Positions 47,193 through 55,838 of a stretch of 56,260 bases of DNA are shown one piece after another. The translations under genes and the position numbers were made by a program. Numbering within the stretch: the first letter of the stretch is position 1; each line of letters opens with the position of its first letter. The stretch comes from a virus (taxonomy: Duplodnaviria; Caudoviricetes): the IMG/VR virus record IMGVR_UViG_3300009124_000014, positions 1 to 56,260 of that record. One strand, given 5' to 3'. A model generated the notes under the pieces. That model was not told where the DNA came from and searched no databases. It saw nothing but the letters and a program-made list of their open reading frames with translations.

Positions 47193-47492
47193 ATGGCTAA
47201 GCCGTGGCAATCCCGTAGTGAGTACCTTGTAGACCTTGCTCTCGAAAGCGCCCTCGCTGCCTCACCCGAGGAACTGCGGGAGATGCGCCCCGTTGCTGCG
47301 CCTCAAAACCCGTTCCCAGAGCGTCGAGGTTACGCCAAAGGCGAATGGAACATCATGGAAGTGATGAACATCGACCGTTACAACCCGACGTACAGGTCGT
47401 GGATGAGCGGCATGCCGGTTATGCCTAGTGTAATGTCTGATCAGGCATGGTCAGGAAGCGCTAGAAACGCTATGAGCGAAGGGATGTGGTGA
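47193..47492 (+). CDS. Hypothetical protein
   Basis: Tightly packed ORF. Confidence 0.7.
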   Translation: MAKPWQSRSEYLVDLALESALAASPEELREMRPVAAPQNPFPERRGYAKGEWNIMEVMNIDRYNPTYRSWMSGMPVMPSVMSDQAWSGSARNAMSEGMW

Positions 47493-47493
47493 T

Positions 47494-47730
47494 ATGCGGC
47501 AGCCATATGACGCAACCCAGATTAGCGACCGTGAAGTTGCTCGTACCCTTGCCTCCGAATCGTACGGTGCCCCCTACGGTATCGGTACCGAGGCACGTGG
47601 GGCTATGAGACTTCGCGGCGGGTCAGCCGCCTCTTACTTGCACTTAGCAAACATTAGCGAGCCTCAACAGTTGCCGTTCTACCTGTCTAATCGCCAGTTT
47701 CAAAAGTGGGCAGGAGGTGGATTCCAGTGA
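47494..47730 (+). CDS. Hypothetical protein
   Basis: Tightly packed ORF. Confidence 0.65.
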   Translation: MRQPYDATQISDREVARTLASESYGAPYGIGTEARGAMRLRGGSAASYLHLANISEPQQLPFYLSNRQFQKWAGGGFQ

Positions 47731-48035
47731 ATGAACAAGGACCTTACGTGTCATCCCTGTCTACTGACGACGTAGACGCAGAAAGAAAATGGGCACTGGG
47801 ATCAAAACTGGGTATGGAAGATCCTAACCGTGCCTTTGAACGGCAGGAGTTAGGTGGCATCGTAGGAAACCGTGGACGAGCGATGCGCTCCGCACAGAGT
47901 TACGCTCAGGGCTACCGCATGGATGACGTTGCTTCTAACACGGTCAATAGCCGTGCAAGTGGTCGTAGCCGCTTTGCCAACATGACTATCAGCGAACCCG
48001 CTCAGGTTCTCGACGTAACTAAGCCGATGGGATAA
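47727..48035 (+). CDS. Hypothetical protein
   Basis: AGGAGG RBS; GTGA overlap. Confidence 0.65.
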   Translation: MNEQGPYVSSLSTDDVDAERKWALGSKLGMEDPNRAFERQELGGIVGNRGRAMRSAQSYAQGYRMDDVASNTVNSRASGRSRFANMTISEPAQVLDVTKPMG

Positions 48036-48038
48036 CGT

Positions 48039-49160
48039 ATGGCGTACGGAACAGGGTATGATCCCAACTCACCTGTAGCCCCCAGAGGAGCGACTGCTTT
48101 CGGCGTAAAGCCTATGACCGAAAGCCCAATCAATGCAGCCCGTGCGTGGGCACGAGCCGGTGAGGTTGGTAGTTACGATAATGCTAAGAGAGCATCTGCC
48201 ACGTCAGTCGACCCCACCCAATCGAGGTCGCTAGGCGGCGCTAACGCCGCTATGGGGAGCATTAGAGGCACTCGTGCAACTGCTCGTCCTAGCATTACAA
48301 CGCTCGGTTCGGTTGGTGCGGCCCCCGAAGAAGCAGACGTTAGAGGAGACGCAGGTCCTTCTCGTCTAACTTCAGGTGTTGCCCCTAACTTCTACGCACC
48401 TAGGCCATACTACGACCAGACGTATGGTACGACTGGTACGGTAGCGTCTAACCTCATCAAACTACTTAATTTCGGTGGCAGGGAGAAGGAGGCACCTAAA
48501 GATGATCCAAAAGGCCCTCCTGAATTGGGTCCCGGCCCTGATCGCCCCAAGATAGGGACCGGTGGTGGACCTTCTCCTGTCCCGTACCGTGGCGGATCTC
48601 CCGACATTTACAATCCTCCTGTAGATGGGGAAATTGTTGACGAGATCGGTACTACCTACCCTGCTCTAGGTCAAGAAATCATTGACGTTGAGTCGTGGGA
48701 AACTGCTGGTGAACTTGGCCGTGCTCGCACTCCCGGTATGGATCGTCGTGCACAACGTGCCATCGGTACAGGAAATAAGGCACTGGGCGCAGGCGATCCC
48801 GATGCTGGCCCTAACCCAAGTCTTGGTCCTCCTGAGGGGTTCGCAATGGGCCCTACCCCAGCAGATCCGTTTGGTCGCTCACAAGGAACTCGTGTACCGA
48901 GTCGTTTCGGTGGACGTGGCTCGTACGGGTTCCGTCCCATGGGAGAGGTTAACTCCGCTCAGAACGCCCCAGAACAGGCAGATGTAGAAGCAGCAGCAGA
49001 TGCGTACGAGTTTGGAAACGCATACTTTGGAGAGAGTAACAATCCAGTAGGCAGAAAAGGCTCTAACCGTAGAAGCGCTATGGGAGAGTTCAACGCCAGA
49101 ATGACAGAAGACCAAGGCCAAATCCCCGGTATGGACTGGGGAGACATTGATAGGATGTGA
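48039..49160 (+). CDS. Gly/Pro/Ala/Arg-rich, probably disordered protein
   Basis: 373-aa ORF with very few hydrophobic runs. Confidence 0.75.
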   Translation: MAYGTGYDPNSPVAPRGATAFGVKPMTESPINAARAWARAGEVGSYDNAKRASATSVDPTQSRSLGGANAAMGSIRGTRATARPSITTLGSVGAAPEEADVRGDAGPSRLTSGVAPNFYAPRPYYDQTYGTTGTVASNLIKLLNFGGREKEAPKDDPKGPPELGPGPDRPKIGTGGGPSPVPYRGGSPDIYNPPVDGEIVDEIGTTYPALGQEIIDVESWETAGELGRARTPGMDRRAQRAIGTGNKALGAGDPDAGPNPSLGPPEGFAMGPTPADPFGRSQGTRVPSRFGGRGSYGFRPMGEVNSAQNAPEQADVEAAADAYEFGNAYFGESNNPVGRKGSNRRSAMGEFNARMTEDQGQIPGMDWGDIDRM

Positions 49161-49163
49161 CCC

Positions 49164-49391
49164 ATGGCAGTAAACGAAACCCGAAACATGAACGCCGATC
49201 TACGTGAAGGCATCACCGATGGCATGGTCAAGAAGGTCAGCCCTGATCGTGGTGGATTCCCGAACGACGATATGGACGCCGGTGCTGTACGTAGCACCGT
49301 CAGTGCAGCGTTGTATGACACTGTAAGCGGCCCTAACCCCGCTCAGAACTACCACGCTGCCCGCTTGACACAGCCACCAGTTCGATACTAA
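49164..49391 (+). CDS. Hypothetical protein
   Basis: Tightly packed ORF with typical codon usage. Confidence 0.7.
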   Translation: MAVNETRNMNADLREGITDGMVKKVSPDRGGFPNDDMDAGAVRSTVSAALYDTVSGPNPAQNYHAARLTQPPVRY

Positions 49392-49413
49392 ACTAACTCG
49401 CTAAAGCGAGTTA
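49365..49413 (+). promoter_or_regulatory. Promoter TTGACA-N18-TAAACT with perfect 9-bp inverted repeat over the start site
   Basis: TAACTCGCT-AA-AGCGAGTTA at 49394-49413, followed by AGGAG RBS. Confidence 0.7.
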
Positions 49414-49427
49414 CCTAGGAGCACCAA

Positions 49428-49907
49428 ATGGCACGTTTGCTTATCTGTAATACCTGTAAGACGGTCGACACTCTGCCCGACTATGCGTCAGAGAACGATC
49501 CCGAGGCGAAGTACGACTACCACCTTCAGGATGCCTGCGATCTTCATGTACGCAAGCACGGTGGTCCCATCGACCGTCACAAAGCCAACCTGTTCAGCAT
49601 CGCTGACGATGAACTGGCTTTGATCGACTCTTCACGCCTTGAACAGGCTGTCCACGACAATCGTCTTGAATCTTTCCTGAAAGAGGAAAGAGAGAACTAC
49701 AAGAACGACGCTCTGAAATGCTACGAACTGCATAATCGCCCCACGTACGGTATTGGTTATGGTTCTGGTTGCGCTGATTACAAAGCAGAGCACCGTGCTA
49801 TTGGTCGCACTACCGGCATTCCTAAAGAGCAGTGGAACTTCATCTGCGACTTCTGCCCGTACAACTCGTACGTGGAGCATGCGGCACGTAAGAAAGCCGG
49901 TCTCTAA
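49428..49907 (+). CDS. Cys/His-rich hypothetical protein (metal-binding)
   Basis: CNTC, HVRKH, CYELH, GCADY, CDFC. Confidence 0.75.
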   Translation: MARLLICNTCKTVDTLPDYASENDPEAKYDYHLQDACDLHVRKHGGPIDRHKANLFSIADDELALIDSSRLEQAVHDNRLESFLKEERENYKNDALKCYELHNRPTYGIGYGSGCADYKAEHRAIGRTTGIPKEQWNFICDFCPYNSYVEHAARKKAGL

Positions 49908-49909
49908 CC

Positions 49910-50107
49910 GTGCGTGAGGGCACGCAGAAGATACTGAACTTTGCCCTCCTAGTTGGATGCGCTTACGAGATCGTCGCTTTACTGTGGCGAAAGGTCCCCA
50001 CCATTACTCGCATGCTACGCCTACTAGGCAGTATGCGGTTCGGTAAAGCACTTGTGTGGATGTGGTGCGGCTACATATCTTGGCACTTCTTGGAGCCTAT
50101 GGAATGA
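49910..50107 (+). CDS. Small membrane protein
   Basis: Two hydrophobic segments; ATGA overlap with the next gene. Confidence 0.65.
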   Translation: MREGTQKILNFALLVGCAYEIVALLWRKVPTITRMLRLLGSMRFGKALVWMWCGYISWHFLEPME

Positions 50108-50580
50108 TCGTATTCAACTTCAACGTACTGGCTCAACCCGCTCAAGAGTTCGGGTCTAGAGTACCTGACCGAGATGGCGTTCTTCTTTGGCGATCTTTGC
50201 ATGAGTCTCAGGTGGGTAGATTGGCTGTGGTGGTGGATGACGCCCCCTCCAATGAGATGCTTGAGCACTGGTTGAAACTGAATCAAATCAAAGCGGTGAT
50301 GTACGAGATCATTGGAACAACGGAACCTAAGGTAAAAGCCGAAATCGTGGCAAGAATCATGGCAGCCTCTGGTTCGCGTGGAATGTACCTCGACACCGAC
50401 CCTGCAACCGTCTCTAACACCATGAAAGAGGGTCTACCATCGATATTGGTGTGCCAGCCATTTGTCATCCGGCAAGAGTGGTCATCCCCTAAACAGATGC
50501 GCTCATGGGATACTCTAGTTACCGAAGTAGAGCAACAGGCTCTTGCTAGATCCGAGAAGAACTGGGGTGAGTTCGATTGA
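50104..50580 (+). CDS. HAD-like protein with degenerate motif I
   Basis: IVFNFNVL in place of DxD; LEHWL; YLDTDP...EGLPSILV C-terminal pattern. Confidence 0.55.
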   Translation: MIVFNFNVLAQPAQEFGSRVPDRDGVLLWRSLHESQVGRLAVVVDDAPSNEMLEHWLKLNQIKAVMYEIIGTTEPKVKAEIVARIMAASGSRGMYLDTDPATVSNTMKEGLPSILVCQPFVIRQEWSSPKQMRSWDTLVTEVEQQALARSEKNWGEFD

Positions 50581-52010
50581 GAGTAGTTCTGTCTGGTGGC
50601 GAGAAAGGCACGTACAGGAACATTCTAACCTCCCATAACGTGTCCAGTATCGCTCTAAACTTTACGCAGTACAGCGTTCCGAAGACGAAGAGCGTTGATC
50701 TACGGGAACTTCTAGGCGGTGCTGCTGTGTTCGTGTACACCTCTGACGGTGACGAGAATGTGGCCGAGTTTGACGAGTTCATCCGAGAGCACGCCGACGA
50801 AATCGAAGTAGTCATAGGTCGGGCGGACTACAACGGAGACTGGCTTGGTGAAAAGTATGTACCGCTGTGGAACGACGATAAAGACTTAGAAAGGCTTGCA
50901 CATCTTTGCCAAAAGTACGGCAGAGTCGCTGTAAGCGACAGAGCAATAAATAGCAAAACTATCTCCCGTATTAGGCAGTTACAGCAGCGATGGGGAGCCA
51001 AGTTGTATGGGCTTACCAGCAAGATTGATACCATCGAAACTTTGGATTGGGACACGGTCATCGTTTCGTCTTGGACGAGCGTTGTTAGGTACGGTGAAAC
51101 ACAGGTTTGGGATGGCCACGGACTGCGCCGTTATCCCGCTCAAAAGAAAGAATCTTCCCGTAAAAAGCACCGATCAGACATTCTAAGACTGGGCGTCGAC
51201 TTTGAGGCGATCATGGAAGATGACGTTTCAGAAGTTGCCAAACTCGCTGTAAAGTCATGGATGTCGTGGGAGGAGGCGACCTTCGGAATGGGGGCCTATC
51301 ACCCCTCTGGGGACGATGACGAGACCGAGTTCGACACCCCCGAAACAGGGCAGATAGTAACTACACCCCCCCTAAACGTAAGTAGCCCAAATCCGGTTTC
51401 AACCCCCCCTGCTATTGCTCACGAGGGGGTGCAGGGTAGGCACGAAAGTGAGCGCGAGTTACTACCGGGTTTAGGGGTCGAAATCGTCCGATCCAGCCCG
51501 GTGGTGAACACCATAGATGGTGATGAAGTCGTTGAGAATCAAGACTTAGCAGTGCATACAGTGGTTCACAAGGACTCAGGGATACGTAACTGCGATAGTT
51601 GCTATCTGGCCTCCCGCTGCCCTGCGTTCAAGGAACATGTAGAATGTGCCTACAAGATCCCCGTAGAGATCAAGACCAAAGATCAGTTGCAAGCGGTTCT
51701 AACAGCCATGTTGGAGATGCAAACTAGCCGAGTTCTGTTCGCCCGCTTTGCAGAGGAACTGGAGGGTCAGGGCATGGACCCTAACCTTTCTAACGAGATG
51801 GATCGCCTCTTCAAACTGATGAAAGAGTTCAAAGAAATATCAGACACCAGAGACCTTGTTCGCATCGAAATGGAGGCACGGGGATCATCTGGTGTGCTGT
51901 CACGGATCTTCGGTGAAAAGGCCGCTAACAAGGCTAACGAGTTGTCAGCGCCTATTAGCCAAGAACAAGTGGATGACATCATCCTCAATGCAGACATCAT
52001 TGACGATTAG
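50577..52010 (+). CDS. TGT/DpdA-like barrel (degenerate) fused to a Cys-cluster and helical domain
   Basis: YVPLWN, KYGRVAV, KLYGL, DTVIVSSWTSVVRYG; CDSC...C...C cluster. Confidence 0.55.
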   Translation: MRVVLSGGEKGTYRNILTSHNVSSIALNFTQYSVPKTKSVDLRELLGGAAVFVYTSDGDENVAEFDEFIREHADEIEVVIGRADYNGDWLGEKYVPLWNDDKDLERLAHLCQKYGRVAVSDRAINSKTISRIRQLQQRWGAKLYGLTSKIDTIETLDWDTVIVSSWTSVVRYGETQVWDGHGLRRYPAQKKESSRKKHRSDILRLGVDFEAIMEDDVSEVAKLAVKSWMSWEEATFGMGAYHPSGDDDETEFDTPETGQIVTTPPLNVSSPNPVSTPPAIAHEGVQGRHESERELLPGLGVEIVRSSPVVNTIDGDEVVENQDLAVHTVVHKDSGIRNCDSCYLASRCPAFKEHVECAYKIPVEIKTKDQLQAVLTAMLEMQTSRVLFARFAEELEGQGMDPNLSNEMDRLFKLMKEFKEISDTRDLVRIEMEARGSSGVLSRIFGEKAANKANELSAPISQEQVDDIILNADIIDD

Positions 52011-52022
52011 GATTACAAACCT

Positions 52023-52319
52023 ATGAGCGACATTAGAGCAGAAGTATTACAGGAAGCAGAGAGCCTCATCAATGGCGACCGTAACAACGAATACGGCGAC
52101 CCTAATGATGACTTCAACAAGACGGCCAAGATGTGGGACATCTACCTCAAATCTGTCTACGAGAGCCGCAGTTACCTTCTCCCCCACGATGTGGCTGTAC
52201 TCATGTCGATGCTGAAGTTGAGCCGTATTGCATGGTCCCCTGAGCGGCGTGACAACTGGGTCGACCTTGCAGGTTACGCCGCTTGCGGTTGGGACTGTGT
52301 GGAGAACAGTTTCAAATAA
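52023..52319 (+). CDS. DUF6378-like protein (all-helical, nucleotide-metabolism associated)
   Basis: EAESLINGDRNNEYGDP...HDVAVLM..LKLSR...DNWVDLAGYAA. Confidence 0.8.
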   Translation: MSDIRAEVLQEAESLINGDRNNEYGDPNDDFNKTAKMWDIYLKSVYESRSYLLPHDVAVLMSMLKLSRIAWSPERRDNWVDLAGYAACGWDCVENSFK

Positions 52320-52690
52320 TGCGTCACTGGTCCGATGACTCTCTGTGCCGTGGTCTGCACCAAGAGATGTTCTACCCACCTCTACTCAAAGAGGATCGGA
52401 CAGCACCAGAGTCCCATTACTACGCTTTGGGCAAGTTTGTGTGCGAGAACTGCCCCGTAGTAGAGCAGTGCCGTGAGGCTGGTCAAGATGAGGAGTACGG
52501 TCTATGGGGAGGTCAGTCGCCCAAAGATCGTCGTCTAAACCGTGTCGAGTTCAACAAGACTTACATGCCCTTACAGCACGTTGCAGACATGCCTTTAGAT
52601 GACAAGCAGCCACTCGACGCTGCTGCCGTACGGGAAAGTATTCGACCCATGTTGAAGCGGCGAAAGAGAAAGAGTAGAATATCTACATGA
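52319..52690 (+). CDS. whiB: WhiB family Fe-S transcription regulator
   Basis: C...CENC.....C plus GLWGG; basic C-terminus. Confidence 0.9.
   Translation: MRHWSDDSLCRGLHQEMFYPPLLKEDRTAPESHYYALGKFVCENCPVVEQCREAGQDEEYGLWGGQSPKDRRLNRVEFNKTYMPLQHVADMPLDDKQPLDAAAVRESIRPMLKRRKRKSRIST
52652..52680 (+). promoter_or_regulatory. Promoter TTGAAG-N17-TAGAAT, leaderless for the second whiB
   Basis: -10 element ends 6 nt before ATG 52687. Confidence 0.55.
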
Positions 52691-52935
52691 GTAGCGACTT
52701 ACCTGTAGAGATGACGTTACCCACACTCGCAGACCCCAGCGCCCCCACCACGTGGAGAGAGCACGCCGCCTGCCAGAAAGAGGGAAACTTCATCTTCTTT
52801 ACGTCTTCGGAAAGAGATCACGCCATAACCATTTGCCAGTCGTGCAGTGTGAAAGAGGATTGCCTCAACTTTGCCATCAGTAACAAGATGAAAGATGGTG
52901 TTTGGGGCGGTCAATACTTTGGCAGAAAGAAATGA
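52687..52935 (+). CDS. whiB: WhiB family Fe-S transcription regulator (short)
   Basis: WREHAAC...CQSC.....C plus GVWGG. Confidence 0.9.
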   Translation: MSSDLPVEMTLPTLADPSAPTTWREHAACQKEGNFIFFTSSERDHAITICQSCSVKEDCLNFAISNKMKDGVWGGQYFGRKK

Positions 52936-54005
52936 AGATCGGCATTGCGAGTGCCGACAACCTACGAGCCGACCGATCCGCTGACGGGAAAGAGAAATGG
53001 GGCGGTGCTGGATGGGCACGCATAGGTCAGTATGTCCCTCACCTCAGGGCGGCAGGCCACGAGGTAGTAGTCGGCATCATGTGGGAGAAAGATGACTCGA
53101 TTGCCATCGAAGATTCTGAGGGAAACTACGTCCACCCTGATCTGCTCATCATGCAGCGGATCATGCATGAAGGTGTCCCCAAGACGATTGCAAAGGCTCG
53201 CAAACAGGGTCAGATAATCGTACAAGAGATCGACGATTGGTACTGGGGCCTCGACACGAGAAACGAGGCGTGGAAGGCAACCCACCCAAAGTTCAACGAC
53301 AAAGAGAACACTGCGTTCTATGCGAGAAATGTAAAGGCATCAGACCACGTCTGGTGCAGTACCCCGTGGATCGCTGAGAAGGTGAAAGAAAGGTTTGGAG
53401 TGCCCACAGTGCTTCTGCCTAACCACATCGACGTGGGTAGGTTCACCCCTGTTGCGCAGTCGGCTGGTGTCCCGACCTTCGGATGGACTGGGTCGACTGC
53501 TCACCGCTCTGGGGACTTAGAGCAGTTGAAGGGCATTTACGGTCGTTTCATCCGCTCAGGCCAGATCAAGATGCACCATTCTGGTGCTCGCCCAGATGCT
53601 CCGCCGTTCCATGAGATGGTCGGCTTGGCGGAAGAAGATGTGACCAGAACAGATGGTGTCAACGTCGAGTTCTACCCCTCTTTGATGTGCTTTGACGTTG
53701 GTCTGGTGCCGTTACGTGACATCCCCTTCAACCACGCTAAATCAGAGATCAAAGGTCTGGAGTACTCGGCAGCGGGAATCCCGTTCATTGCTTCGGACCT
53801 TCCTAGTTACCGCTCGTTACACGATGATTGGGATGGTTTGTTCCCGTTAGCAAAGCGCCCCAAAGACTGGATCAAGGCAACTACTTCGCTGCTCGACCTT
53901 GGCCGTCGGGTGGAAATGCAGGAAGCACTGCTGGAACGTGTGCAGACCAGAGACATCTCGATTGGTGCTAAGGCAATGTTAGATGTAATCGGAGGCTTGC
54001 AATGA
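52932..54005 (+). CDS. Glycosyltransferase (GT-B fold, GT4-like)
   Basis: EIDD, GWTGS, FDVGLVPL...FNHAKSEIKGLEYSAAGIPFIASD. Confidence 0.9.
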   Translation: MKIGIASADNLRADRSADGKEKWGGAGWARIGQYVPHLRAAGHEVVVGIMWEKDDSIAIEDSEGNYVHPDLLIMQRIMHEGVPKTIAKARKQGQIIVQEIDDWYWGLDTRNEAWKATHPKFNDKENTAFYARNVKASDHVWCSTPWIAEKVKERFGVPTVLLPNHIDVGRFTPVAQSAGVPTFGWTGSTAHRSGDLEQLKGIYGRFIRSGQIKMHHSGARPDAPPFHEMVGLAEEDVTRTDGVNVEFYPSLMCFDVGLVPLRDIPFNHAKSEIKGLEYSAAGIPFIASDLPSYRSLHDDWDGLFPLAKRPKDWIKATTSLLDLGRRVEMQEALLERVQTRDISIGAKAMLDVIGGLQ

Positions 54006-54736
54006 AGGTACTTCTGGTAGGTGACACGCACGGTGACTCTAAGTTTGTGTCGAGCGTGAACAGGCTCGCAAAGACGCAGAACGCTCAGTGTGTGATCCAG
54101 TTGGGCGACTTCGGCTATGACTTCAATCCCAACGCCTTAGCCTCGATTAGAGCATGGTTAGACGTGGACGAGAAACGCCGCTGGATGTGGATCGATGGGA
54201 ACCACGATCAGCACGACTACATCCGCTCAGAGATATGTAAGGGCAAGCACCCTAAGAAGCCGGTCAAGCATTTCCATGACCGCATGTTCTATTGCCCTCG
54301 TGGAAGCACCCTCAGGATCGGCAAGAGCAAGGTGCTGTTCCTCGGCGGTGCCGTGAGCGTTGACAAGTCTCGACGACAGCAGGGGATCAACTGGTGGCCT
54401 CAGGAGTCGGTCTCCACTGCCGATGTGCACCGTGCCATCGAGCAGGGTCAGGGTGCGAACGTGCTCATCTCACACGATGCGCCCCCCTCAGGAGCGGTTA
54501 GAGGATGGCTTAGAGAGTGCGGCTACAAGTTAGATAAGGCTTCACAGCACAACAGACAGGCCGTCGAGGCCGTCATGCTGGAGACTGGAGTGACTCAGGT
54601 GTACCACGGCCACTACCACCACCGTTACACCACTGAGCACAAGGACGTACTCATCGAGGGACTTGGGGCGAACTACGCACGAGGAGAGAGCGTCAAGGCG
54701 ACGCTCGATCTCAACGTGTTGGTGCGTGACTTCTAG
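54002..54736 (+). CDS. Calcineurin-like metallophosphoesterase
   Basis: GDTHG, GDFG, GNHD, SHD, HGHYH. Confidence 0.92.
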   Translation: MKVLLVGDTHGDSKFVSSVNRLAKTQNAQCVIQLGDFGYDFNPNALASIRAWLDVDEKRRWMWIDGNHDQHDYIRSEICKGKHPKKPVKHFHDRMFYCPRGSTLRIGKSKVLFLGGAVSVDKSRRQQGINWWPQESVSTADVHRAIEQGQGANVLISHDAPPSGAVRGWLRECGYKLDKASQHNRQAVEAVMLETGVTQVYHGHYHHRYTTEHKDVLIEGLGANYARGESVKATLDLNVLVRDF

Positions 54737-55179
54737 ACCGGCCAGATGTACGGCAGGTCACTGGGGATGCTGGGCCACAGCGGCTGGTAGTGCTCAGGCA
54801 GTTTGCGGATGAGATTGGACTTGTGAGAGTCGGCAATGTCATCGAGGTACGTAGGCAGGGTGTCAGCGTCGCCCCACATTGTGAACAGGTCATGCACTCC
54901 TCGGAAGCGCTCCAGCAGGCTGTCGTTGTAACCTCGACGACGCCACTCCATACAGCACAGCATGCCGTAGCGTGCAAGGGCGGCGATGTGGCCTTCCCAC
55001 ATCTTGGTGGCAGGGTGGTTGACCCATCCCTTGTGGTCCTTGGGTGCACCGTCGTTGTCGACCCCACGTAGGCAGTTCAGTATCTGCCACGCTTCGACAC
55101 GTTGCTTGCCAAGGCGCTGGTAGTCGAGCGCCTCAAAGCCCTTGGTCAGGTTGCGTCCTTCTGGAACGAATGTCTGCAT
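54733..55179 (-). CDS. Pyrimidine-dimer DNA glycosylase/endonuclease V-like protein (MSMEG_6728-type)
   Basis: MQTFVP...LDYQRLGKQRVEAWQIL...GWVNHPATKMW...SHKSNLIRK...YIWP; GAGGAGG RBS. Confidence 0.88.
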   Translation of the reverse strand: MQTFVPEGRNLTKGFEALDYQRLGKQRVEAWQILNCLRGVDNDGAPKDHKGWVNHPATKMWEGHIAALARYGMLCCMEWRRRGYNDSLLERFRGVHDLFTMWGDADTLPTYLDDIADSHKSNLIRKLPEHYQPLWPSIPSDLPYIWPV

Positions 55180-55205
55180 GTTGTCCTCCTCGTGGTGCAG
55201 TATGG

Positions 55206-55337
55206 CTACTGCTTCTCTTTCATCAATCTACCGCCGCCAGTGTGCTTACTGCACGTAGGTGGGTACGTAGGTTTGACGTTGACCGTGATCTTGTTGCCGC
55301 AGGCAGGGCACTCATATGTCTTACTGTTCTTAGCCAT
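55206..55337 (-). CDS. Small zinc-finger protein (43 aa), not in the ORF track
   Basis: GGAGG RBS; MAKNSKTYECPACGNKITVNVKPTYPPTCSKH... Confidence 0.7.
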   Translation of the reverse strand: MAKNSKTYECPACGNKITVNVKPTYPPTCSKHTGGGRLMKEKQ

Positions 55338-55432
55338 GGTTAGACCTCCAGCGGTCACGGTAGCACACTCTCATCTCCACCTGATGTAGGCGATTACGGC
55401 AACTCCCATCACTGCCGTGAGTAGGTGGCATG

Positions 55433-55642
55433 TCATGGGCGATTCTTCTTGTAGTAGTCGGGGTCATTGAGCCAGCCCTCGATCTTTGGTTTGGTTTCGT
55501 GCAACTGCTCGTGCAAAAAGCGACGTGTGCGTGGAGCGTTCTTCCATACGTAGTAGAACGATCCAAGAATGAATGCCGCAATCAAGAAGATGATGAAGTC
55601 GAGCATTGCCGTGCTGTGGCGTAGTCCTTCGTAAGCAAGCAT
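55433..55642 (-). CDS. Small single-TM protein (start may be 55606)
   Basis: FIIFLIAAFILGSFYYVW hydrophobic helix. Confidence 0.6.
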   Translation of the reverse strand: MLAYEGLRHSTAMLDFIIFLIAAFILGSFYYVWKNAPRTRRFLHEQLHETKPKIEGWLNDPDYYKKNRP

Positions 55643-55643
55643 G

Positions 55644-55838
55644 TCATACCTCGCAGTACATTGCGATGTAGTTGCCGACGGTCAGGCGCTCTTCGTGGCA
55701 CTGCCACAAGACCCTCTGAGCCTCTCTAAAGGACCACGCACGGTAGATGCCAGTGTGATCGGTTACTTTGAACTTCGTGTTGCTCTTACTCTCGTCCCTT
55801 GTCAGGTACGGCATGCGCTTCTTCTTGTCAGTGGTCAT
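55644..55838 (-). CDS. Hypothetical protein
   Basis: GAGG RBS; packed among minus-strand genes. Confidence 0.55.
   Translation of the reverse strand: MTTDKKKRMPYLTRDESKSNTKFKVTDHTGIYRAWSFREAQRVLWQCHEERLTVGNYIAMYCEV

Noticed and set aside
41299-54736. Captured bacterial recA-rny-ymdB-spoVS operon
   Set aside because: The genes are dispersed, no RNase Y is present, and the phosphoesterase has generic GDxHG/GNHD motifs rather than a YmdB-type pattern.
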